Origin: Tubiluchus corallicola
Lineage: Eukaryota > Animalia > Priapulida
Direction: 5' to 3'
Length of the DNA stretch: 64,000 nt
Assembly: GCA_030141605.1 (NCBI GenBank)
Contig: JAQGDQ010000063.1
Coordinates: forward strand, 681,311-745,310
Below, one piece after another: positions 41,516 to 54,270 of this stretch. The notes below the pieces were generated by a model. That model saw only the letters and a program-made list of their open reading frames with translations. It did no database searches and was not told the DNA's origin. Both the position numbers and the translations under genes were made by a program. Position 1 is the stretch's first letter, and each line of letters opens with the position of its first letter.

Positions 41516-42269
41516 TTTTATAATCAATTAATCATGATGCGAGTGTGTACCCAAACAGCAGACAATAAAAGTTACAACAAAGATTGTAAAGAACACAAGC
41601 CGATTTGTCAAATTTTGTAGATGATACTTATGACTTCGAAATTGGATGGAACATCCCACAGTTTTGGAGGGAGACCTCAGATGCAGTTAATGCTGCAAGG
41701 CAAATCTTATTAAAATAATTGTCATTATAATTACATTCAAAAGTTATAAGCACAAAACCGAAATCAGTGGAACGGGCTGTCTTTAGCCAAGATCGCAAGT
41801 AATTAAGGGTTCAATAAAGGGAAGTCCTATGCCAGTATACTACTTTTCAGTGAAAATAATTTGAAATATAGTTTTTACATAAACCATTTTTGAGATAGAC
41901 AACTTGATTTTGCAAATTTTAATTATGTCTGCTGGCCTTACATACTACAAACTTAATTTTTATGGCACCCGATGAGTAAAGATAATGATTTCAACTTTTG
42001 AAATACCATAGACATTATTGCACATATAGGTGACATAACAGGATCCCCTAGATAACTTGACTTATTGTTGGAATGATCACCCTAAATCTACTTTTAATGA
42101 ACAAGCCCTATGACTGATAGAAAGCTTATAACGTAAAGAGATTTTTGAACCAAACAAAAAGCTAAATATTTAGCAAGCATCCTTAGACTCCTTTTGGACA
42201 TCCAAACCTCAACAAAGTCTCAAATGTTTTTACAATTTGCATACAATTGGCTAGACTCTTACAGCAAAG

Positions 42270-42439
42270 CTACAGTTCTACATGAGGTTCGTATTTCGGT
42301 AGCAGTTTCTTTATTAGTGAGATAAATTCATCTTTTTCCACGCACCCCTTACAGTCTTCACCCCAGTCTGACAAGATCTTCTTTAACTCTTTCACACGCA
42401 GTTTCTTCAAGTCCACATTTTTAAAGTCAATCTTCTTAT
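42270..42439 (-). CDS. MANF: MANF/ARMET exon 4 (SAP-like domain, CKGC, C-terminal HVEL)
   Basis: [56 protein letters not shown]. Confidence 0.95.
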
Positions 42440-43370
42440 CTGAAAAGGAATTTGACAAGCAAATGAAATCTTGTCCTTTAGTTACAAACATGTTGCACCA
42501 TTGATGCTGTGATGCTTTGGTACTGAAGCTGCAAGTAATTAATGGAAAGCAAGTGGTGACATACAGACTGCAAAACAGATCCCTGAAACCCTGACTGTGC
42601 ATACTGAAAGAATCTGAAAACATGCTATGTACGAATACCAGATAAAGAGAAGAAATTTGCAACTCAAAGAAAAGAATGTCTCAAATTCACAGTAAGCATT
42701 TTAATTTGTCAGTTTTTTTCTTGCAATATAATTTTAATAATAAACGAGGGCGATTTTTATGTCACGTGGCGGTAGTACTGTAATGAATGAAACTTTGACA
42801 AATATTGTGTAAGTAGACGAGCAGCCCTGGGATGCCAGCTCCAAAGATGATTTAATGATTATGATTTTAATAAGTTTATGCATGTATTATTATTGCGCAC
42901 TAACAATTACGTTTCAAAATTATCTTATCATAGATAATATCCCGATAACATATTATCTGTGTTTGAATCCGGATATGCGTAGTGTGATATTTAGCGAAAT
43001 TTCAGGCAAGCATGTGCGCACACGAGTAGCAAAAATCTTGGGTCTGTCCCAAGCGAAGCCGAGTGAGCACCCCGGCTCTCAACTCTAATGATACCTGTCT
43101 GTTACAAATTTAAATCACAAAAATTCTTTAAGACATGAATTGCAACAATTAATAGATAGCACAATAAGGAAATTGAAATCACATGATGTTTCAGTTCATT
43201 ACTCCAAAAATAGGAAGAAAAACAATCGTCTGGTAAAAGAATAAAGTAACAAACCACTAGGTATTTTTTCAGATTTTATAATAATAAAACACACCTTTTA
43301 CTAACAGGTTTTTTAAAACATCTCTGGATAAAAACATTGAATTCCTTTCTAGAGGTATGTCACAACTTAC

Positions 43371-43512
43371 CATATTTCAGATCACATATTTGACTGTCTA
43401 GCTTTAGAAGTTTCTGACAAATTTTATCCACTGGCATGTGAAAGCTGAGAGGCTTTGTGATCTCACCCACTAGTCCCGTGGCAGATTCTTCTAATCCGCC
43501 CACGTAGTAACA
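43371..43512 (-). CDS. MANF: MANF/ARMET exon 3 (saposin-like domain)
   Basis: [47 protein letters not shown], phase 0-1. Confidence 0.95.
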
Positions 43513-43672
43513 CTATAGTAAAAAAAATTGAGGAATTAACATTCCCACCTTTAACTTCATTTCCAGTGAATGAGCAAGATACAAAGAATATGAGAGTACT
43601 AGACACAAGCAAGAAAAATTAATAGCTATGAGAAAAAGGAAGATATAAAAAATAATAGCATTCCAAACATAC

Positions 43673-43797
43673 AAATCTGTGGTCTTTTCCTTTAGATTCT
43701 TCGCACATCTTTTTAAAGGCTTTTTCGCATTTGGCTGGAGTGGTTTTTGTCTCTTCGTCAATTGACTCTGTGAACTTCGTCAGGAATGCTTCACAAA
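43673..43797 (-). CDS. MANF: MANF/ARMET exon 2
   Basis: VCEAFLTKFTESIDEETKTTPAKCEKAFKKMCEESKGKDHRF, phase 1-0. Confidence 0.95.
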
Positions 43798-44239
43798 CTG
43801 TAAACCAAAGCAGTTTGAATTTTATATCACAGAAATTTGGAGAGGGTTTGTTTTCAGACCAAAATTCTTCAGTTAAAAAGTTACAAGTCAGTAGGCATCC
43901 AAGCGTGCCTGGTTCAAATCTTACCAGTTGAATTGCATTTTTGAGCAAATCAAATGACACTGATCTCATTAATTTGAAAGAGACATCAATTTTCTTGCTG
44001 CATGTTAATATGAAATTTATAAAATTAACTATCTGTCATTTTGGCAACACATAGGACTGTGGATTTTGAGAAGTTAATAAAAAAATCAATGCCAATTCCA
44101 GTCATTCGTTTTTTCAAACAGACTGCCAGTTTAAATACACAAATATTAAATAATGCCCGAAAGATCACAGAAAAACAGTAAAAGACAAGCTTAGATGGAA
44201 CATCGAAAAAGGTTTGGAAAACCTCTAAAGCAAGCATCT

Positions 44240-44892
44240 TTTAAAGCACAAGAAAACCCCCCAGTTACATAAACCTTAAAAACTTCATCTTGAAACTTTA
44301 TACCACATATACTGCCTTTTTGCATACAGGGCTTGCATAGGCAGTAAAGCTGTAGAAAACATGTAAATTTAAACTCCCGCGGTGACTGTTAGCAGCAGCC
44401 ATTTTGAAGATAAGTCATTTGAAACAAGTTTAGATAACACAAAGTGAAGTTTGAAAAATAATCAGAGCATTCGTAGCGCACACATCACTAATTAAGTAAA
44501 ATTTTAAATTACTGTATCTTGTCAATAAGATTAAAAATATGTTTTTTGGTTAGTGAGTGGCTCACACTGGAGGTCATTCAACGACATTTTACTAATTGGT
44601 GGAAGAATTTTAAATAATTAATAATTTTCTTTTTAAGTTGCATAAATCTTTCAAGCAGGTAAGCGAAATGCTAAGTATTGTAACTCTGCATGGAAGGTTT
44701 TTTTGGGACATAGTTGAACATTTCCTTTTTTCTCCGATTTACGATATGCGTACATACGCCAATATATCCTATATGAGATATAACCGCAGGCGGAACAGTA
44801 TTGCGGGAGATTTAAAATGAAAACAAACAAAAATACTTTCAACGCAAGTACGATATACGCATAAAATTGTTATAAAGTAATATAATTTTAAG
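44240..44892. mobile_element. Dispersed ~650-bp element, family B copy 2 (MANF intron)
   Basis: Matches 15590-16249. Confidence 0.8.
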
Positions 44893-45283
44893 GTGATTTT
44901 TCTGAAACCTACTTAAGGTACCCTTTTCTCGTCCTTTAAGCCTCAGTGACAATAAAAATATAGATTTTAAAACTTAATTAATGCAGTTACAAATAAAGCA
45001 TCAAAAATTAGTTCGAAACCAGAAAAGCAAGAATTGACGTCTTCAAAGTATAAACTCTTTCTGAACGCTACAAATTTGTTTCAGAAAAGCAGCAGAGGCA
45101 CTTGAATAATCATTTTTTAAAAAAAGAACGTTAACAAACCTTTGTTTTTCACTAACTATTTGCGTTACATGAATTTTCTTACATTCAAATTTTTAAGAAA
45201 TTTCACATTTCTTTAAGTATGTTGGTTGTGAGACGAAACGAACGACTTGCAAATCCAAACTTCACTGTCGTTGTTTTACTTAC

Positions 45284-45371
45284 CTTCGCACTCCTGTTTC
45301 TTAGCCCGGGATGAGGATGTCAGTGTCACCAAGGTGACAACAATGCAGAAGACCATCTCAGCAAGATCCAT
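45284..45371 (-). CDS. MANF: MANF/ARMET first coding exon (signal peptide)
   Basis: MDLAEMVFCIVVTLVTLTSSSRAKKQECE|gtaag, phase 1, gives conserved CEVC across the junction. Confidence 0.9.
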
Positions 45372-46346
45372 CTTTGTTGAACGTGTATATCACAGATAGA
45401 TAAAATGAACTTTCAACTAAAAAGATATATTAAAATGCACAATAAATTTTGGTGTAGAATAAAAATGGAACTACATCATATTTCTTGTAACTGTCTTGTA
45501 AGGGTATGTACAAATAATTGGTTTTCCAAAGCCTCGAATATTTTCTTTTTACATTTGGGCATATAATTTTCACAAGATCGATTGCTGTTTTTGCATAGAA
45601 AGAATTTTGCCTTAAATAACCTTAGAAGCAGAAACAGTGGTAGAAAATGGTTGTCCATGCCACACACAGTTTCTAACTGCTATAATTTACAAAGCAAAAT
45701 TGTACAGGTAGTCATTGACTTACAACCTATGCAACATATGTAGTTGTACTTACTATCATAGTCATCTAACCCGCTCCTTAACACTGAATATTTCGCTTTA
45801 GTAATAAAGTTTATCTTATTTCTAACATTATTAAATCATATAAGCCTAGAGCCTTTCCTTGTGAACTTAATAAAAATCGTTCACCAGCTAACAGAGACAT
45901 TGATGTAAGCTTTTAAAATTTGGACAAAGTAATAAAAAGCTAAAACAATCAGTTTACGGCAGGTTTCACTATAGCCTAAGTAGAACTACCGGTGCAGTAT
46001 AATAGGGTATTTCAGCATTAATAATTAGCAAGCCAGCAGCGGGTATCTCTATGCATTGCAAGAGCTTGGTAGACCAATTTTGCTGAAGGGGTGACCTACG
46101 AAGATTTTCCACAAATAAATTATGATTTCTTTACCAAGAGGTTAATTACTCAAACGAATATTAACATTTAAAAAAAATTCGGGCCATTAACAAAAATACC
46201 AACAAACACATTGTTAAGTTTAACGACACACAAAAAAAGACTATTATACATTACTATATTCCCCTACTCCCTACTGTGTATTAATAGTGTCAGAGTGGTA
46301 CCGAGGCTCGTGCAGTTGATTTGGTGATAAAGAGTACAAAGAAGTC

Positions 46347-46570
46347 TGGCGGCGTAGCTTAATGGTAGCGTGCTCGTTTCCACGGGGGAGGTCATGGGTT
46401 CAACTCCCTGCCGAGTTATACCAGACATAAAAAATGGTACTGCTCATTCATTGACCCAGCACGCGAGTTTATCGAAGCAACATGGGGTAATAATAATTGG
46501 GACCACCTTGGAAATAAGCATCGACCTACTTAAGGTATTATCCCTGGACTGTCCTAAATGAAATTATTAT
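46347..46570 (+). mobile_element. tRNA-derived SINE
   Basis: A box (tagcttaatggt) and B box (ggttcaactccc) in a tRNA-like head lacking a proper acceptor stem, followed by a SINE-like body (ataccagacataaaaaatggtac) and a ttattatta tail. Confidence 0.7.
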
Positions 46571-47147
46571 TAAGGCCAAAAATTCAGTCCAATCCCATGT
46601 GTGGCAAAATACTAACTTGTGTGACTAATAGTGTTCAGGCCCTGGGCATGTATTAACTGAATGTTTATTACTAAGATAACACAGCAGTTAGCTGAAACAC
46701 ACGAGTATCCTTTATTTACAAACAAAAATTTCAATTTCTTCACTGCCTCTGAATCTTGACAACCAGGTACATGACAAGGAACAGGGCCGCCTAGTCTGAT
46801 TTCAGCTACCTGTTACAGTGCTGCCTGCTGGAATCAAGTCAATCACATAATAACGAGTTACTAGCTGCTTAATTTCATAATTCTTTAATGGGAGAAATAA
46901 AATATGTTTACCTTTGTCTACGTATGTCAATACATGTCTAATTTGACTAGGCTTACGCAATATTAGGAAAGCGGCATTAATTCAAACAGTAATACTAATA
47001 CTAACAAATAATCAATAAAACAGCGACTAAAAAGTAAAATGACTTCCCTATCTTACACTAACGTGACGATGTAAAAATGAAATTAGAGACAATCCGTGTT
47101 CACCAATGCGTGTTTTCTTTTATAGAACACCAACGCTTTAAACTCAC

Positions 47148-47520
47148 CTATATTGCCGTAGTGTAGGCCTAAATGAAGTTGCTAGAAACGCGTGATTTGT
47201 AAATGCAGTTTACTTGTATCCTCGCGTTACTGCTGTTCTAAAATAAAACACTTTCTCGTCTTCCATAAAACTGTAGCAACCTTTTCGCCATAATTAACAA
47301 AAGTTGGAAAATACCAATTACCTAAGTGTAGATGAAAAGTGAATGAACGTGGCAATTTACCAAAAGCGTGGAGGCCGACATTAGCACAGCTGTCGCTCTC
47401 TAATTGGCCATCAGCCTTGCAGTTAGTAGACTGGGCAACGCTCTGCTGCATAGATCGGTACACCACTCGTTTGTGAATTGACATGAGCCGCATGAACGTA
47501 GGAGTCTTCGCGTGTGACGC
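47148..47520 (-). promoter_or_regulatory. Putative MANF promoter and non-coding first exon
   Basis: CpG-rich; minus-strand donor AG|gtgag at 47147, matching acceptor ctttttag near 45417 upstream of the ATG; ACGTGG/GCGTGG and ATTGG motifs. Confidence 0.45.
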
Positions 47521-48939
47521 CTGTATTCAATATGCAATACAGTGTAAACGGTCCTCGATCATATGCTTCACTACGTGCTCATCACCCGTTTTAGAATATG
47601 AATAACTCTTTTTCACGTGCCCAACCTTCATTAAAATTGACCGAACATTATAATGATGTAAAAAGAAGAAAATGTGGGCGAGGAGCGAAAGCTTGAGAGA
47701 AAAGAGAGGAGGACGAGAAGAAAAACAAACGGGAGAGAGAGAAGAAGAACAAAGAGCAAATGTCTGATAAAATGACAGAAACGAAGAAGATGAGGTGCAC
47801 TGTTTGCTCACCATCAACTAAAATTACTGAATACTTTATAGAATTCAACTAGAGTTCAATTACCTCAATTAAGTCAAGACATTTACTCAGTCCTTGATTT
47901 GGCACTAAAGTGACTTTTTTATGTTCTTGTTGACCAGATTTGTTTTAGAATGAGCAGATAAAAAGTTTTTGAACGACAAATTCATGTTGTAAAACAGGTA
48001 ATCAGGTGTTTTTTTATTATCAGCACTAGTATAGCATATTCTACAACCCAAGAAAATAGGGAGAATAACAACAGGGCGTCTGGCTGGAGATGGGAATGAA
48101 AAGACGTTGCGATGAGAAATCATTGAACGTTCTAGTAGTCATTTTAGTAGTTCTAGTAGTAGCTTATTCATCAAGAAATATGGCCCGCCTCAATTTTGCC
48201 ATAACTAAAGACAGCTGGATACAGATGCCATTTTAAAGCTAGATATGCTCTGCAAATATTCAAAACACAGGTACAAACTATTTTTATATTTTTAACTTAT
48301 TAGGCTCATTTTCTAGGCATTTTCACAATTGAGCTCAGAGTTAATGTTGTAGTTAGAGTTAGAGTTGTTGTACATTGTTTTCCTTTTTACCATTGACAAT
48401 CTCTTGGTGAAAGTGACAAACAGTGCAGCATATGATTTTACTGTGACAATTTATTGTTTGAAGCAAAAAACATTATGCAAGCACAGAACAGCAAAATGTA
48501 CATCTACGTACCATTATGCGCAATCTATTAATTGAAATGACACATAAGGTAAACACAGCACAGCATTTGTGCAACAGCTGCTTTTGTACAATTTCAAGTG
48601 TGCTCTTATTGTTATTTTGTTCACAGCAATAATAATATGAAAAAGAAAAAACTTGTTCCTCTTAAAATATAACAATCACAAAATATTCTTACAATAAACA
48701 ATAGGGTATTTGACATACATGTATTTAACATGGTGAAATAAAAGCATTTCAAGGCAAATACATTAGAAAATGCTCACAACATTTAGGACATTTAAAACAA
48801 TAACCAATAAACAAATGTGAAAAATAATGATTAAAGCTTTCTAAAATTAACCATAACAGGACAAATGAAAAGTCAAAGAAAGGTACAGTTCACGATAAAA
48901 ATTTCACGATCGTATTAACAGAGGTAACTAAAAAATGCC

Positions 48940-49450
48940 ACAATTAAAACAGTGAAAAAACTGTCACTGCAGTTTATCATCAGGCAGAAAAAAGAGAGGA
49001 AAAAAGCACATAAAGATGCTAATTGGGATTTTTTTATTATTTACTGTACACATAAAAATACCACACTTAAGAAAGGATACAATCACATATTAGAATTGTG
49101 GAGGTACCACAAATAAAACACAGGAAAATCACAGTACAAAACAGAATCACTTGCCACAATCGTTACAATTGGGAGAGAGACAAAACTTGAGATATTTGGC
49201 CACTAACACTGTTTTCTGGTTTGTACTGTGATTTTCCTGTGTTTTATTTGTGGTGCCCCACGATTTTAATATGTGATAGTATCCTTTTTAAGTGTGGTAT
49301 TTTTATGCCTAAATAATATTAAAAAATTAGTTTTAGTATCTTTATGTGATTTTTTCTCTGTTTCTTTTTTCTAATGATGAATTTTGATGATAAACCACAT
49401 TGGGAGTTTCAATAGTTGCACCTTCTTATTGTTTTAACTGTTTGATTTTT
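48940..49450. mobile_element. Foldback/MITE, long inverted arms around ~65-bp spacer
   Basis: ccacaaataaaacacaggaaaatcacagtacaaa / tttgtactgtgattttcctgtgttttatttgtgg and outward continuation. Confidence 0.8.
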
Positions 49451-49601
49451 TTGTAATAGGTTTAAAATTTATCATTATTCTTATCATAAAGAATTCAATT
49501 TACGTTCTTAACAGAGGTTCCTAGGAACTACAGGTGAAAGACACATTGAACTGAAAATAAATGCATTAAAACTACCAGTAAATAAAGATATAAATAAATA
49601 T

Positions 49602-52000
49602 TTAACAAAACAAGTACTGTACAGGAGTGAAAACAGCAGGTAACAATCTCAATATAAAATGAAATTTTGGAATTTTTCTACCAGCAAATGATTTGACGGC
49701 CTGTACTTCAGGTGGTGAATTAACAGATCTCTGAACGATACGGCTGCTGCACTTTCTTCCTGTAAATCCTTTTTTGCAGATACATATGTATGTACCATAT
49801 TTAATTAAGCACTTTGCCCTGTTTTTGCAGGGATTGGGCTTGCAAATACTGGCTTGACCTGTGTTTTCGCAATTGCGCCCGGTACGTCCCACAGGACAAA
49901 TACAATGGTAACTGACATCTTTCTTTACGCACGTTCCATTGCCTCTGCAAGGATTCGTGCTACATGTATCAGTTGACACTACTTCACATTCTTTCCCCGT
50001 GTATCCTACAGGACAAACGCACTTGTAGCCCCTCTTACTAGTAATACATGTGCCATTGTTCGCACAAGGACTGCACGAACATATATCGTACACTTCACAG
50101 TTTTTTCCCCTGTATCCCACCAGACAAACGCACTCATAACTTTGTCCACTTATATTAATACAAGTCCCATCATGATAGCAAGGAGAAGGGGAACATACAT
50201 TAATCTCATCGCAGAATCTGCCCAGGTAGCTCTTTCTACAAATGCACTCGTAATTTTGACCATATGCAACACATGTTCCAGAGTTTAGACATGGATTAGG
50301 TGAGCAAATGTCAGTCAATTCACAGCTTTTTCCAGAATAACCCATCGGGCAATTGCATTTGTGATGCAGCCCAAGTCTAATACATGTTCCGTTATTTATG
50401 CATGGATTACGTGAGCACGTGTCAATAAGTTCGCAGCTTTTTCCCGAATAGCTCGTCAGGCAATTGCATTCAAAATCCAGCCCACGTCTAATACATGTTC
50501 CGTTATTTATGCAAGGATTAGGTGAGCACACATCAGTCAGTTCACAGTCTTCTCCTGAATAGCCCATCAGGCAAATGCATTTATAACCTACCCCATCACT
50601 AATACATGTTCCGCTATTTCGGCATGGATTAAATGAGCATATGTCAGTCAGTTCACAGTCTTCTCCTGAATAGCCCATCAGGCAAATGCATTTATAATCC
50701 ACCCCATTGCTAATACATGTTCCACTATTTATGCACGGATTAGCTGAGCACATGTCAGTCAGTCCACAACCTTCTCCTGAAAAACCCATTTGGCAAATAC
50801 ATTTGTAACTTTGCCCATGTGCAACACATGTCCCGTTGTTCAAACACGGATTAGGTACGCACGTGTCAGTCATTTCACAGTTTTTTCCTGAGTATCCTAA
50901 CGGGCAGTCACATATGTAACTTCGACTATTTGCGGCACACGTGCCATTGTTCAAACAGGGATTAGGCAAACACACACCAATCTTAGTTTCACAGTTTTCA
51001 CAATTTCTTCCTGAACACCTCATAGGACACACACATTTATAACTTTGACCACTTATCGTACATGTTCCATTATTTAAGCACGGATTGGGTAAGCACATGT
51101 CATTCATTTCACAGTTAATTCCCGAATATCCTACTGCACAAACACATTTGTAAGTTTGCCCACTTATAGCACATGTACCGTTCTTCAAACATGGATTGGG
51201 TAAGCACATGTCTTTCACATTACAGTTTTTTCCCAAAAATCCCGCTGGACAAACACATTTGTAACTTTGTCCACTAACAACGCACGTGCCTTCATTTAAA
51301 CATGGATTAGTTGAGCACATACCAATAACGTCACAGTTGATCCCTGCGAAACCTAATGGACAAACGCACTTGTAAGTTAGCCGGCTAGTAACACATGTGC
51401 CATTGTTTAAACATGGATTTGATAAGCACGTGTCATTTATGTTACAGTTTTTTCCCAAAAATCCCAATGGACAAATACACTTGTAACTTTGCTCGCTCAC
51501 AACACAAGAGCCATTATTCAAACATGGATTAGTTGAGCACATGTCAATAATTTCACAGTTGCTTCCCGAGTATCCCACTGGGCAAACACATTTGTAAGTT
51601 TGCCCAGTTATAACGCACGTACCATTGTTCACACACGGATTAGGTAAACATATATCATTAATTTCACAGTTTTTTCCCGAGTATCCCAATGGACATGCAC
51701 AATCGAAATCTTGCTCCTGTGCAATACATGTACCATTATTCAGGCATGGATTTGGAAAACACTTAATGAAAAACTCACAATGTTTCCCCGTATAACCCGA
51801 ACTACAAGTGCATGTGTAACTAATACCACTCTTGTCTTCTAAACAGGTTGCGTCATTCTGGCAGGGACTGGAACTACAAACATGTTCCTTCTCACAATGA
51901 AGTCCATAAAAAATTGGTGGGCAGCTGCATTCATAGCCATTTCCACTGTCCATGCATGTGCCACCATTTTGGCAGGGAGAGCTTTCACACTCGTTCGTCT
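49602..52000 (-). CDS. Pentraxin-EGF protein, terminal exon with 20 tandem EGF-like repeats
   Basis: 783-aa ORF; acceptor ttttcag at 52001 (phase 1, TNECESSPCQNGGTC); Notch/fibropellin-type C.PNPC.N.GTC...Y.C.C..GY.G.NCE repeats. Confidence 0.93.
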
Positions 52001-52061
52001 CTGAAAAAGGATCTTAGTATTAAATGTATTCTGTTTACTAAGCTTGTCCTACATTAAGCAC

Positions 52062-52158
52062 TTTACAGCTTTTTCTCCTGTATCCTATCAGACAAACACA
52101 TTCGCAACTTTGTCCACTTATATTTATGCATGTACACCGGGAAAGCAAGTAGAAGGGC
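52062..52158 (-). pseudogene. Decayed intronic EGF-repeat copy
   Basis: Similar to EGF17 (~50091-50190); reads PSTCFPG/TCINISGQSCECVCLIGYRRKSC with a frameshift. Confidence 0.7.
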
Positions 52159-52646
52159 TTTCTACATTGAGAACTTGTATTTTGTAGTATTTCCCGGCAA
52201 AATTCCTGCACGGCATTTCATTTCAATATTACAGTGCCTTAACTATTTTCAATCAAAACAAAAGGGAATTGCCAAGTAATTAAAGAATGTGCTTGGTGAC
52301 CGAAGCTAAACTAAAGATTATGTGACCAATGAGATAATTGCTATTAAGTATTTTTTACGATACCGTCCGCTCTATTCATCTCACAGATGGAATATGACTC
52401 AGAGAGCTATGCTGGTCCACTGACTAATCATAAAGGATCATACACCTAAACTAAAGTAGGACCTATGAAACTGTAAAAATTATCCATCAGTTGACCTCAA
52501 ACACATTCTAGTAGCAGCTTGCTGACTTTCATAACAGCTCATTATGAATAATGAAGTCATCGCTAGATAATTTTCATTTTTCGCTGAAAAACAAAAATAT
52601 TGTCAAATAATAAACACGAACAGCTTCGAGCAGATAAATAACATAC

Positions 52647-52748
52647 TTGTACATATGCTAGCTCTTCCTGGCAAAGAAGCCACTCCTACAGGTGCAGGCA
52701 ATTGTAGATTTTCTTGATACAGGGAGGCCAATTTCTCCATTTGCACTC
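52647..52748 (-). CDS. Pentraxin-EGF protein, linker exon
   Basis: gacag|...|gtatg, phase 1-1; VQMEKLASLYQENLQLPAPVGVASLPGRASICT. Confidence 0.6.
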
Positions 52749-53533
52749 CTGTCAATTATATTTTATTGTTATTTAGCCAAATGGTTGTTACTTTGGCAGA
52801 AGTATTTCAGGTTGGGAGGTAACTTACAACCCGGAGGAAGTGTAACGTATATATAGCTAAATGCAGCTGAAGTACTTCTGCTACGTCTTAGAGGGATATT
52901 CTTGATAATGAGCCCGGCTCCAGTCATGCCAGAAACATCTTGTTGAGCAGGCACCACCTGTGAATTCTAGATATTCTATGCTTGCAGTCTAGATTACAAG
53001 GTGCCTCAAGGTTACAAATAAATAGGCACAAGCATTCTCTACCAGAAAGCGAATTCGAATCGAAATGAACTCGCGACTTTTGAATTCGAATCGAACCAAC
53101 AAATTTCGGTATTTCGAATTCGAATTGAGTTTGAAAAATTTTCGAACAAGTTTTCAAACCACAAGCAAAAGTGCAAAAATTTTGTTTGGAAAAAGAATAT
53201 AATTACTGTGATGCTGAAGTTTCGCTTTAGTGCAGGCAAGATGAACACATTGTTTGTGTAAATTTTTCACTTAAACAGCAGAAAAATGCAGCAGTTAAGA
53301 AATAAGAAAGACAAGATGTCATGCATGGAATTGTGGGACTTCAATCTGACAAGGTCAGTTCTCTAACGTGTTGTCTTCACGCAGCACATGTTGCCCATAT
53401 TGATGTTTTGAACAACTATCTTAAAACAGCTGCATATGTAATGGCTTGAAAAACATAACGTATTCCAGTAACAGCTATAATAACTGATAGCCAGAAAAAG
53501 CTGGTAGCAATCATATCACTGTAATGCACCTAC

Positions 53534-53728
53534 TTCCTTCATCTGCCGACTCCATACGGGTAAATCTGCTCGTGGTGAACTTCACGTCCCTGACGGTCCC
53601 TATAAAGTTTTGAGACGTCGCAAAGTCGTTGCCCAGGCTACGTTGATACTGTCCGAAAACCAGTTGACCGGAACCTCTTAGTGGTGAGTACTCAACTGTT
53701 ACTTTTTCAGGTGGAGGTGGTAAATAAG
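53534..53728 (-). CDS. Pentraxin domain exon
   Basis: GSGQLVFGQYQRSLGNDFATSQNFIGTVRDV matches the pentraxin G.L.LGQEQD..GG.F...QSF.G.I..V pattern. Confidence 0.85.
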
Positions 53729-54196
53729 CTGAAAAAATAGTAAGTAGTAGCATCATCAACACAGAAAAGGCTAAGCTGGTCAATAGACTTTGAAATTGCC
53801 AAAGTTAAACAACGTAGGCTCAGGTTGGTAAGTGGATGGAAGGCAACAGGATTCAATATTCCATCTGGGTAGTTTCATTGCCATGTTGATTCTAGCCATT
53901 TACCTTGCTGAAGCAGAGTGTACATACATTTGAACATCACTAAACGTGACTGCAGGTTTTTAGAGCCATTATCCTTGATAAGGAGCCAAGTTCCGATCCC
54001 GTCACAAAATTCTAAATCAAGTAGGACTCCAATGCTGGGTCCTGGATTACGGTGTGGTAAACTGTATCACAAAAAGGAATATAGCACTAGTAGCAGTGCG
54101 TGTTTTCACTAGTAATAATAATAAACATGACTACTTCGCATAACTGCATATATTTTTGGCAAAATCGACAACTAAATCATATATATATAAATGATA

Positions 54197-54239
<43 letters not shown>

Positions 54240-54270
54240 AAATATTTATATATATATACATATATATATA
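54197..54270. repeat. (TATC)n / (TA)n microsatellite
   Basis: Direct reading. Confidence 0.9.

Noticed and set aside
42745-43090. Helitron-like 3' hairpin end
   Set aside because: Only a weak hairpin and CTAAT instead of CTRR; insufficient support
46347-46420. Functional tRNA gene (TCC anticodon-like loop)
   Set aside because: Acceptor stem does not pair and the sequence continues into a SINE-like body
49602-51953. Notch, Crumbs or fibropellin ortholog call
   Set aside because: No LNR/ANK, interspersed LamG plus TM tail, CUB or avidin domain; similarity is generic EGF only
53903-54062. Additional exon of the pentraxin-EGF gene
   Set aside because: Stop codon in the phase required; flanking exons join correctly without it
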